DNA from: a virus | Taxonomy: Duplodnaviria > Caudoviricetes | IMG/VR virus record: IMGVR_UViG_3300033069_000746 | Span: 2,681-66,680 of that record | DNA: 64,000 nt | Direction: 5' to 3' (one strand) | Shown: positions 1 through 7,941 of the stretch, piece after piece | How the letters are laid out: every line of letters starts with the position of its first letter | Numbering within the stretch: position 1 is the stretch's first letter | The notes under the pieces: generated by a model | Seen by the model: only the letters and a program-made list of their open reading frames with translations | The model's database searches: none | Told to the model about the DNA's origin: nothing | Made by a program: the position numbers and the translations under genes

Positions 1-2
1 CT

Positions 3-479
3 GCCGATCTTGCGGCACGCATCGCAGCGAACGACATGCTCGCATTCCAACAGAAAGTGAACGAGATTCAGAACGAGGAACGAGCCAAAGCACTGGCGTC
101 GGCTGGAGTGATGGATTTTCTAGGTTACAAAGTCGCGGGGATGAAACCCGGCGATACGATGCCATACCGCAAAGGCTGTAAAGCACTGGAAAACGGTGTG
201 GCGGTTCAACCCGCAAGCCTGGGGAAAGACTCGAAGACCGGGGCAGACGTGTTGTACCCCCCGAAACTATGGGTTTTCGTGAAGGACCATAAACCGTCCT
301 ATGTCGGCCAATTGGACTGTGCAGGGCTTTTGAAGGCGTTCAAGGCTCTTGGAGCAGATCAGGCAATGCAGATCCTCGAATCGATTGGGTCAGACGACGC
401 GCTGAAATCCTACGCTGCCGAGAAAGAGCAGGCCGCGAAGGATGGCAAGATCACCACTCGCCAATCAGTTAAGGTCTGA
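3..479 (+). CDS. Hypothetical protein, 5'-truncated by window edge
   Basis: Frame is open upstream of ATG 36 to the window start; followed by an intrinsic terminator. Confidence 0.7.
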   Translation, partial: ADLAARIAANDMLAFQQKVNEIQNEERAKALASAGVMDFLGYKVAGMKPGDTMPYRKGCKALENGVAVQPASLGKDSKTGADVLYPPKLWVFVKDHKPSYVGQLDCAGLLKAFKALGADQAMQILESIGSDDALKSYAAEKEQAAKDGKITTRQSVKV

Positions 480-506
480 GACTGACAGACGATAGACTTC
501 AGCTTG

Positions 507-540
507 GAGCCTCGCAAGGTAATACTTGCGAGGCTCTTTT
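507..540 (+). terminator. Rho-independent terminator
   Basis: GAGCCTCGCAAG-gtaata-CTTGCGAGGCTC 12-bp stem followed by TTTT. Confidence 0.85.
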
Positions 541-1056
541 CATTGGTATACGTGACTGGCCAGATGGACCGCGTTTGGCCATTGGTCACACCCCGTGCAG
601 CCTTGCGAGTCAGGGCGTTGCGAGCTTCACAGGCATAGCCGGTACGCAAGCGACAAAAAGCAGGTTAAACACGGCAAAATAGAGCGTGACGGGTATCGCC
701 GTTCTCCAATATATTGCACGGAATTTCCACTATATTGGAATTTTTCAGGCGGCATCGCCAGGCCAATCCCGACATTCTTACACGACGGTAAATTTCCTGC
801 CATCCCGGCCCGATCGAACGGCAAGGTAGGGAAGTTATGCCGGAATTGGGAGGGGGAGTGGCTGGACCACGAAAGTGTCTATATGGTCTTTGCATGCCCA
901 GCCGGAATTTCCACGTTTTTCCAATTCCAGATATTTGCCATTCTGTAAGGTTTTGCCCTGTCAAACCTTGTAAGACTTTTCCCGCATACAGGTATTGCAG
1001 GTCTGGCTGGTCAAACCTTGCTCCACCAGCTAAGCTGGTCTCAGGAGGTACTACCC

Positions 1057-1536
1057 GTGAAACCCAGTGTGGCAGAAGAGATGGCTGAACTTCGCAGAGA
1101 CTACGATGCCCGGCCTCGCAAGCAGAAGCCAGCTAAGAAGAAAGTCAAGCCCAAGGCCAAGCACAGCAAACCGCCGTCCAATCCGAGGGATGGGCTGCTG
1201 ACAAGCCTCGGCTACGCTTCGTACTGGGACTATCTGGCCTCTTCGCTGTGGAAGGCCATCAGAACCCGGGCTTTTCGTCTAAAGGGCTCTGGCTGCGTCC
1301 TGTGCCCTTGCAGGGCTGAAGAGATGCACCACCGCAAGTACACCAAGGACACGCTGCTGAGCATCACTCTCGAATGGCTGGAGCCTGTCTGCAAAGGCTG
1401 TCATCAAACCATCGAGTTCTATCCGGACGGCCGTAAGAGGCCGTTCCGTCTCGTCGACAAGCTGTTTCGTCGGCTGAAACGAAAAAGGCTCGATGAAGCC
1501 AACGCTAGCCTCATCGAGCCCTCATGCAGAGAGTAG
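1057..1536 (+). CDS. HNH endonuclease
   Basis: YWDYLASSLWKAIR...CVLC...EMHHRKY...LEPVCKGCHQTIE HNH/zinc pattern; AGGAGG before GTG 1057. Confidence 0.8.
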   Translation: MKPSVAEEMAELRRDYDARPRKQKPAKKKVKPKAKHSKPPSNPRDGLLTSLGYASYWDYLASSLWKAIRTRAFRLKGSGCVLCPCRAEEMHHRKYTKDTLLSITLEWLEPVCKGCHQTIEFYPDGRKRPFRLVDKLFRRLKRKRLDEANASLIEPSCRE

Positions 1537-1625
1537 GACTGAACTACCCCCGTTGCATATGAAGTCCTTCATTCGCTTGCGTCGGACGAGGTACTCCCGT
1601 CCGAGGATATTGATTGAACGTGGGG

Positions 1626-1970
1626 TCATAGGTACCTCACTTTACTAAGAATTCTCAGTAGCAGGTCTTCCACGGCCAGACGAGCGTTGAAGTACGGATC
1701 GTTACGCTTCCACACGTCAGCCGTATTCACCTCGTCGAGTGCCTCGCCCAGGATCTCCACGACCGGGCCGTACAGTTTGGCCATGATGTTGTTGACCATC
1801 TCGTCTTTGGCTCGGTTTACGACGATGTCTCTATCACCGGCGTATACCATCGCCATCTGACTGATGGACGCCCTGGCCCGAAACGAGAGGTCGGCCTCGA
1901 CAACCAACGACTGGGTGTCCTCGTCGAAGGCTTCTCTGAACTGTATGTTCTGCCGTACTGAACTGGTCAT
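1626..1970 (-). CDS. Hypothetical protein
   Basis: ATGA-coupled to the upstream gene at 1967-1970. Confidence 0.7.
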   Translation of the reverse strand: MTSSVRQNIQFREAFDEDTQSLVVEADLSFRARASISQMAMVYAGDRDIVVNRAKDEMVNNIMAKLYGPVVEILGEALDEVNTADVWKRNDPYFNARLAVEDLLLRILSKVRYL

Positions 1971-2500
1971 ACGCCCTGCCCTCTCACAATCTCCTCTACA
2001 TACCTGACCTTGTCCCCGACATACACGCTGTTCCACGGCTGGGGAAACACAACCATACTGCAGAAGTGGTCATCGAACTTCCGGCAGTTGTCAGGGCTAT
2101 CATCGATCAGCCAAGTATCCCCCTTCGCCAGCCGCCACTTGTCTTTACACAGCACGTAGTTCGTACCGCCCGGGGCGAGGAACCCGTGCCGTTTCAAAGC
2201 CTTGAGCTTACCCGTGGCAGACTCATCATCGTGCGATGGGTCAGTGCAGAACACCACGTCGCCGTACTTCTCAAGCATGTCAATCAAGTCACCAGCCCAA
2301 GGATAGACCGGCAGGTCTTCCCAGAAGTACTGCTGCTCATGAATGCGTTTCCAGAACTCCTGGGCAGACATATACGGCTCGAAGTAGTTCCACGTCTTGA
2401 CATCATCGTGCGTGATCGGCAGATCGCACGTCTCGATCGACGCTGACACGAAGTCGAACAGGACCCCGTCGAGGTCCAGATAGAATGTTGGTTTGGTCAC
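1967..2500 (-). CDS. 5'(3')-deoxyribonucleotidase, HAD superfamily (NT5C-like)
   Basis: FYLDLDGVLFDF (DxDxV), LIDDSPDN, FPQPWN motifs; GGAGG before GTG 2500. Confidence 0.85.
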   Translation of the reverse strand: MTKPTFYLDLDGVLFDFVSASIETCDLPITHDDVKTWNYFEPYMSAQEFWKRIHEQQYFWEDLPVYPWAGDLIDMLEKYGDVVFCTDPSHDDESATGKLKALKRHGFLAPGGTNYVLCKDKWRLAKGDTWLIDDSPDNCRKFDDHFCSMVVFPQPWNSVYVGDKVRYVEEIVRGQGV

Positions 2501-2673
2501 AGAATCACCTCCTGCCACGATCATCTCGCAGAATCAGCCGGGTGGCAAGCCCGGCTGAATTGATTCTCAGGACTGGAACACCAGCGGCGATGGGTCAAAC
2601 ACTACTTGAGGTAGAGTGTAAAACGGGGACAAGACCCAGTCCGACCACGCGAAAGAATACCTGCGGCAGATCG

Positions 2674-3306
2674 TCACTCTCCCTTTAAAAATTCCCTGAT
2701 CGTCACCGGGCTAACGCAATGACTCACCCCGTCATCCGCACCGCCCAGCAGAATCCCGCAAACGCTTCCCTCAATCAGCAGCGGTGAGCCGGACATGCCG
2801 GACTCAGTCACCGCCAGTACCTCCACCATCGGCCTGCCGCCGAAGGTAATCCCTTCCCGGCCGCGGACGGCCCGGCTGACCACCGCAGAGCCCCGTAGAT
2901 AGCCTCGGATCTCTCCGTTGGCTTTGATGTCGTCTATCCCATAGAAACGCACTGAGGCCCAGCCAGGGGCCTCGTACGATATTAGAGACAGGTCCATCGA
3001 GTCGTTGACCTTGATGATCCGGCCGGGCACGCTGACCCGGGCTTTACCATCGGCAGCGAACTCGATCCGTACGTCGCCAGTCTTGTCGTGGTGCTCACAG
3101 GTCAGTACCCGGTCTTCCGAGATGGCCACGCCGGACCACTCGACAGACTCTTTCCCGTCGGTCCAGGTGAGTCTGGCCACACCATCGAGGTTGACTTCCT
3201 AGCCGAAGCATGAGCCTACCCCAATACCAAGGACCAATGCTGTTGCCAGAGCGATCAGTATGACTTTGGCGATACGTACGACCAATGCCCAAACATCACT
3301 GTCCAT
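2674..3306 (-). CDS. Trypsin-like serine protease with signal/TM leader, interrupted by one in-frame TAG at 3199-3201
   Basis: VLTCEHH, DLSLI and GMSGSP triad motifs; GGAGG and ATG at 3306 encode a 35-aa hydrophobic leader in the same frame. Confidence 0.75.
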
Positions 3307-3329
3307 GACTACCTCCTACGTTGTTTGTA

Positions 3330-3359
3330 AACCCGCGCGCAGAATAAACCTTGTTCGTC
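3330..3359 (+). mobile_element. attC right half-site (left end of cassette array)
   Basis: GTTCGTC at 3353-3359 is the exact reverse complement of GACGAAC at 3705-3711; left arm missing. Confidence 0.6.
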
Positions 3360-3363
3360 GTAC

Positions 3364-3687
3364 CTAGTCGCCAAGAATTTCCTCTTCCAACTCTTCATGG
3401 CTGACCCAATCCAACGCCTCTGACATGGCATCGTCGATCGTTTCGCCGTCCTCGTGCCCATCGCGGTAGAATGCGTCCGTGCAACGCTTGACCAATGCCC
3501 GAGATTCGTCGTACCGTTTTCGCCGTTCCGCATTGCTTGCCGCGACTCGCGACCAGAACCCGCGAAGATTGCCGATCACGTATCCTCGGATTTCATCTGG
3601 CGTTGATTCGTCCCACTGCATTTCGGCGATGTACTTCTCGATGAACTCGTTTCTTGCAATCTCTGCGTCTGTTTCTGCCTGACTCAT
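3364..3687 (-). CDS. Cassette-borne hypothetical protein (paralog of 4914..5237)
   Basis: Bounded by matching cores GTTCGTC/GACGAAC; GNLRGFWSRV vs GNLRAFWSRV. Confidence 0.85.
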   Translation of the reverse strand: MSQAETDAEIARNEFIEKYIAEMQWDESTPDEIRGYVIGNLRGFWSRVAASNAERRKRYDESRALVKRCTDAFYRDGHEDGETIDDAMSEALDWVSHEELEEEILGD

Positions 3688-3704
3688 AATTAACTCCAAA
3701 GGAC

Positions 3705-3760
3705 GACGAACAAAGAATTGAAAACGACGGCGGTCGACATCAATCGCAGTGGAGGCCGTC
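3705..3760 (+). mobile_element. attC left half-site, right arm lost or degenerate
   Basis: GACGAAC-N5-ATTgAAAACGaCGGC; the expected partner core GTTCGCT is not found downstream. Confidence 0.55.
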
Positions 3761-3888
3761 AACTCCGCATCCTTGTACTTGACCTTACCGATCCATTTGC
3801 AAAACAAATTGCTGCTGCAAAATCCAGCATGACACAAGTTGACAGCCAGATTGCCCTAAGCAATTCAAAAGGTGTCGATCCATGTGTC

Positions 3889-4092
3889 TTACTTGATACC
3901 ACTTACCACGATGCTGGTGTGTTCTTTGAAAACACATCGTCATGGCCCAAAATGCGTGGGCTCGTCAATCCAGAGGGCACCTTCGTCGTCGCTATCGTCG
4001 GTGATTCTGGTGTCAGTTTCTGTACTCACTCTGTCCCAAAATAAGAACACAACAGCCCCGCGAGTGTCTGTCAGTTTCAGCTCGTCAAACAT
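3889..4092 (-). pseudogene. Cassette-borne short or degraded ORF (TGA at 3940-3942, frame continues to TAA 3889-3891)
   Basis: GGGGG RBS-like run before ATG 4092, just after attC 4121-4211; competing plus-strand ORF 3718..4044 exists. Confidence 0.35.
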
Positions 4093-4120
4093 CGCCACCC
4101 CCTGAAAGTCGAATCGCAAA

Positions 4121-4211
4121 AGCGAACCAAGCGTTGAACCGGAGTTGGCGTCCTCCGGTTTTGAAATTAGAAGCCGGGCATTCGCCAACCCGGTTAACGC
4201 GGTCGTTACGC
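4121..4211 (+). mobile_element. attC site (91 bp)
   Basis: AGCGAAC-N5-GTTgAACCGGaGTTGGCG...CGCCAACCCGGTTAAC-N6-GTTACGC, two extrahelical bases. Confidence 0.9.
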
Positions 4212-4466
4212 AGAGAACCGTGAGTTCCACGCATCCACCGCACTGATTGCCGCCTTGACGTGCCGCGAACGATCATACGCTTGGTCGTTCGTTTTCCAGT
4301 TTGCCGCCTGCCCCGGCTTCGTTGCTCCGCAGCAATTGCACTCCACCCAATAAGAGGGCGTCCATGTGTTTGCAAGCTCCAATTCTGTCGATCCACAGAA
4401 CGGGCATGGCCGCAACTCTCTACCGATTTCTTCGAGCGTAATGTATACCGATTCAACCGTTGACAT
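4206..4466 (-). CDS. Lar-family (restriction alleviation-like) zinc-ribbon protein in a cassette
   Basis: LRPCPFCG...YWVECNCCGA; TAA stop lies inside the attC GTTA core. Confidence 0.65.
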   Translation of the reverse strand: MSTVESVYITLEEIGRELRPCPFCGSTELELANTWTPSYWVECNCCGATKPGQAANWKTNDQAYDRSRHVKAAISAVDAWNSRFSA

Positions 4467-4476
4467 GTGATCTCCT

Positions 4477-4570
4477 GCGTAACAACAAAATGCACCCGAC
4501 TGCGGCGCTCGGACGCGAATTTGGAATCCATAATCAATCCGCCGCAGACGGGTGATTTTGAGCGTTACTT
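4477..4570 (+). mobile_element. attC site (94 bp)
   Basis: GCGTAAC-N5-AATgCACCCG...CGGGTGATT-N6-GTTACTT. Confidence 0.9.
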
Positions 4571-4861
4571 TGACGCGGCTTTTCGAGCAATCACCATCGC
4601 CCATTCTTGGCTGGTGAGAAAACTGTCATCCATTTCCTTCGCGGAGATGCAATATTCTAGCGACACTCGCTTCCCGTGATCGTTCGTGTAAGCCCTGAAT
4701 GTGAACCCCTCCTGGAGATACTCTAGGCTTACTTTCCAGTCAGTCATATTGGAAAACCACCACATGATTTCCGCCGCAGTGCGATATCGCTTCAGCCATG
4801 CCTCGTCCAAACGCAAAGTAACAATGGCATCAAGCCGAGGCTCGGAAGTCTGTTGGTTCAT
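4565..4861 (-). CDS. Cassette-borne hypothetical protein (start uncertain; ATG 4861 lies inside the attC, alternative ATG 4765)
   Basis: TAA stop inside attC core; bounded by matching cores GTTACTT/AAGTAAC. Confidence 0.7.
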   Translation of the reverse strand: MNQQTSEPRLDAIVTLRLDEAWLKRYRTAAEIMWWFSNMTDWKVSLEYLQEGFTFRAYTNDHGKRVSLEYCISAKEMDDSFLTSQEWAMVIARKAASK

Positions 4862-4919
4862 GTGAAAGTCTTTCGTTTGTAAAGGTGATTTGTCGCCCGG
4901 CTTATGCCAAGCGTTAGGT
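4816..4919 (+). mobile_element. attC site (104 bp)
   Basis: AAGTAAC-N5-CATcAAGCCG...CGGCTTATG-N6-GTTAGGT. Confidence 0.9.
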
Positions 4920-5237
4920 GGACATGATCTCATCTTCCAGTTCTTCCTGGCTGACCCAATGCAGCGCCTCGACCATCGCTTCCTCTGCGGTCGGGCCTTC
5001 CTCGAGTTCGTCGCGATACCACGCATCGGTGGCTCGCTTCATCAACGCTCTGGCTTCGTTGTACCGTTTCCGCAGTTCGCTGTTACTGCCCTGCACTCGG
5101 CTCCAAAACGCACGGAGGTTGCCGGCAACGATCGTCACCATGTAGTCATCCACTGGTTCGGACCATTGCAGAGACTTGATGTAGTCTTCCACAAACTTTT
5201 GGCGCTCAATCTCTTCGTTGGTCTCTGCTGTGCTCAT
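4914..5237 (-). CDS. Cassette-borne hypothetical protein (paralog of 3364..3687)
   Basis: TAA stop inside attC core; bounded by matching cores GTTAGGT/ACCTAAC. Confidence 0.85.
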   Translation of the reverse strand: MSTAETNEEIERQKFVEDYIKSLQWSEPVDDYMVTIVAGNLRAFWSRVQGSNSELRKRYNEARALMKRATDAWYRDELEEGPTAEEAMVEALHWVSQEELEDEIMST

Positions 5238-5243
5238 AAAGCC

Positions 5244-5333
5244 ACCTAACAACAAAATCCACCGGAGTTGCCGTCCGGCCTGTTTCTGAAATCCACGTCA
5301 CCAGCGGCAACCCGGTGATTTTGAGCGTTACTT
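5244..5333 (+). mobile_element. attC site (90 bp)
   Basis: ACCTAAC-N5-AATcCACCGGaGTTGCCG...CGGCAACCCGGTGATT-N6-GTTACTT. Confidence 0.9.
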
Positions 5334-5426
5334 TGACTCAGAGGGACTCGAACCCTCACGCATGTCTGCACCGGTTTAGGGCCATCGCCTTTAGGCCAGC
5401 GTGTCTGCCAGTTCCACCATGAGTCA
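5333..5426 (-). ncRNA. tRNA-Leu-like RNA with aberrant expanded anticodon arm, no encoded CCA
   Basis: TGACTCA/TGAGTCA acceptor stem, GTG-GAACTGGCAGA-CAC D arm, GCA-GACA-TGC variable arm, GAGGG-TTCGAGT-CCCTC T arm, A discriminator. Confidence 0.7.
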
Positions 5427-5522
5427 ACCCAACTCAGCTTTAGTTGGCATGGGATCGTTTCTGAGGAAAAGGGTATCAACCGCCCTTCAAAATCAATCTT
5501 TTTCGCGCCGCCTGTGCTTGCC

Positions 5523-6401
5523 TCACGTTGTTGGGGTAATCTCAATAATCGGCTTGAACGTGGTCTTACCGTTCTTTGTTGTCCGAGAGACCGTCAGCCT
5601 GGCCCACCACCCACCGAGCGGTTTAGGTGGTTTACCAGTACCAACGTGCCACCCACCTTTGCCTGTACCGAAATCGTCTTTGTATGATCCGGTCTTCACA
5701 TACCAGACCTGACGGTTCTTGACCTCGCCAAGGTCCGTCAGTCCTGTCTTTGTGTGTTCCTGCACCCATCGCTCATGGACGTGCCCTGAGACCATGATAT
5801 CAGCCCCGTCGACATACGCCTGCTGACGCTGGGACTGAATCGTATCTTTCGTCACGGGACCACCACCACCGTATCCGTGGTGGTGCCAGAGAACGACAGA
5901 GGTACGGTTACCTTTGTAGTCGATAACGATCCGTATCCACCCGGTGTACCCGGTCACAGGAACAGCCGCCCCGGTACGGTCCCGGAGCGTCTGAGCGAGC
6001 CTTGTAGTTAGACAACTTTCATGCCTGTCTTTAATTGAGACCTCATGATTGCCGATACCCAAGGCAAGAATGTTACCAGCGTACGGTTCGTAGAAGTCTG
6101 CCGCTGTGCGAACAAGGGCGTCAAGGTAGTCTCCGGACTGGTGCTCAGGTCGGATATCACTCTTGCTTGACCGATGGTCAAATTTTCCTTGCATTGCACA
6201 AAACAGGTCACCCACGTCTATAATTCCAGCCCCACATGCCTTGGCCTCGTCAAGGTGCTTTTTCTCAAGGTCTCTGTCCGATTTCGGATGGTCGTGGTGA
6301 CAGTCCCCCCTGAGCAGAAGCCACTGCTCGTCGTTGATGCTATCGAAGTCAATCTTCACCTGGACGACGTTGGGGCTGACTGTCTCCTGGAACTTGAACA
6401 T
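5523..6401 (-). CDS. Calcineurin-like metallophosphoesterase
   Basis: GDCHHDH, GDLF, GNHE, HHG, SGHVH motifs. Confidence 0.85.
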   Translation of the reverse strand: MFKFQETVSPNVVQVKIDFDSINDEQWLLLRGDCHHDHPKSDRDLEKKHLDEAKACGAGIIDVGDLFCAMQGKFDHRSSKSDIRPEHQSGDYLDALVRTAADFYEPYAGNILALGIGNHEVSIKDRHESCLTTRLAQTLRDRTGAAVPVTGYTGWIRIVIDYKGNRTSVVLWHHHGYGGGGPVTKDTIQSQRQQAYVDGADIMVSGHVHERWVQEHTKTGLTDLGEVKNRQVWYVKTGSYKDDFGTGKGGWHVGTGKPPKPLGGWWARLTVSRTTKNGKTTFKPIIEITPTT

Positions 6402-6567
6402 GGTCTTCTCCGGCTTGTGATAAAGCATAAACCGCCAAAACCATAGCTGAGGCGTTGATGAAACACAAGCCGAAATTGCCTTCCCGAAGGTCTACCAGCA
6501 GCAAAACTGTGTTGACCCCGAGCATGAACCACATCGAGTTTTTGATGTACGGCATAGGGCTTTTCAC
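6349..6567 (-). CDS. Small membrane protein
   Basis: Two hydrophobic stretches; ATGA/GTGA-type coupling to the upstream gene. Confidence 0.5.
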   Translation of the reverse strand: MKSPMPYIKNSMWFMLGVNTVLLLVDLREGNFGLCFINASAMVLAVYALSQAGEDHVQVPGDSQPQRRPGED

Positions 6568-7190
6568 AGTTTCTTCTCCGTAAAAGGTTCAACCGGGTTT
6601 GGGTACTTCTGCAGGATCGACGTGACAAGCTCCTGCACAGCTTGTGAAGGGTTACCCACGACAGGTGGGCGGTTGTCTGTCAGCTTACCTGCAGCCTCTG
6701 CGTCAAGCAGTATGATACAGCATGCAGCGACGTGGGCCAGATGTGGTGCCCCACTCTCAGGATCGAGAGTCTCACCTTCCCACCAGGACATGATGTGCCT
6801 CTGCATCGCGTCGTAGTACACGTCAGAGCGTACGCCGATGGATCGCCAGTTGTGACTGCCGTACTTGCAAGCACCACTGAGCATCGCAGCACCGATCTGG
6901 TAGAGAGGGCCGCACGGGACGTTGTGAAGCGTTGGTTTGGTTGAGCCGATCACGTCCTTGGGGTTTGAGGGTTTGACTGCCGGGGGGCCTTGAGGCGGTA
7001 CGCCCCAGGCTACGTCATACGTACGGATTGACCCCACGTCAGTACGGATGTCGACGGTGTAGTTGAGACCGTTAAACTCGACTCCAAGGACTCTGTACAT
7101 CTTACCTGCGGTCGCGTTCCACGACTTGAGATAGTTCGCAGCTTTGTCATTGAACACGAAGTCGTCACCAACCTTAAACGGGTTACTCAT
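6564..7190 (-). CDS. dATP/dGTP diphosphohydrolase-like protein (DUF5664)
   Basis: K..L..VP...GACKYGSHNWR...DAMQRH...DPESG..HLAH..CC..IL signature. Confidence 0.8.
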   Translation of the reverse strand: MSNPFKVGDDFVFNDKAANYLKSWNATAGKMYRVLGVEFNGLNYTVDIRTDVGSIRTYDVAWGVPPQGPPAVKPSNPKDVIGSTKPTLHNVPCGPLYQIGAAMLSGACKYGSHNWRSIGVRSDVYYDAMQRHIMSWWEGETLDPESGAPHLAHVAACCIILLDAEAAGKLTDNRPPVVGNPSQAVQELVTSILQKYPNPVEPFTEKKL

Positions 7191-7423
7191 CCCAACACCT
7201 CCAGCGAAGCTCGTACTGATCGTACGGCAAGATTAAGAAGATACGCCTTGTCCGGACAGTCGTCTTTCTGGATCTGCTTCAGTTCGTCAAGCAGAGCCCC
7301 GAACGCCCAATCATGTCCAAACTGTTTGGCCTCGTGGGTCGACATGCCTCGGGGCAAAGCCCCCTCGTGCAGGACGAGCACAATACGCCCGTCTGGCAGT
7401 ACATCGATCTGGTCAAGTCTCAT
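7187..7423 (-). CDS. Hypothetical protein
   Basis: Translationally coupled to neighbours. Confidence 0.65.
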   Translation of the reverse strand: MRLDQIDVLPDGRIVLVLHEGALPRGMSTHEAKQFGHDWAFGALLDELKQIQKDDCPDKAYLLNLAVRSVRASLEVLG

Positions 7424-7761
7424 GTGCTCTCCTTCACAAACACACCGTCAGGCCGCAGATAGCCTTTACGGTCTTTGATTTCCAAATACGCCTGGGCGAT
7501 ACACGCATGGATGTCCAGCCCGGCACAACCAGCGACCATGACCAGCGTGACAAAGACATCACCGATGGCATCAGCGAGTTCGCCTTCCGCGTGGGCTTGG
7601 TACGTGTAGTTCACATATTGATGTACTCTGATTTCAGCACAAGCCGTGATCAACTCATGTACCTCCTCGATCGTCTTCCGGCTCTGGGCCAGCGGGGTGC
7701 TGTTCTTGATAATGCCACGATCATGGCCCCACTGTTTAATCTTCTCGATTAGGTCTTCCAC
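7420..7761 (-). CDS. MazG-like nucleotide pyrophosphohydrolase
   Basis: KTIEEVHEL...DAIGDVFVTL...AYLEIKDRKG. Confidence 0.85.
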   Translation of the reverse strand: MEDLIEKIKQWGHDRGIIKNSTPLAQSRKTIEEVHELITACAEIRVHQYVNYTYQAHAEGELADAIGDVFVTLVMVAGCAGLDIHACIAQAYLEIKDRKGYLRPDGVFVKEST

Positions 7762-7941
7762 TTAACGTCTCCTTGTAAACATCGTCATTAACAAAAACAG
7801 AGTCCCAACAGGCCACGCCAGAGCCAGCATGAGCACAGGCCAGTCTTTTGCGAGAGCCCGGCTGTCCTTGAGCACTGCAGCGATGGCTACTCCTGTAACC
7901 ATCGTCCCACCGAAGTAGATCCACAAAAGCGGTTCGATCAT
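7762..7941 (-). CDS. Small membrane protein (59 aa, not in ORF track)
   Basis: GGAGGTG before ATG 7941; two hydrophobic helices; abuts next gene. Confidence 0.6.
   Translation of the reverse strand: MIEPLLWIYFGGTMVTGVAIAAVLKDSRALAKDWPVLMLALAWPVGTLFLLMTMFTRRR

Noticed and set aside
5523-7761. Complete Z-genome (2-aminoadenine) pathway
   Set aside because: No PurZ/adenylosuccinate synthetase-like ORF in the window.
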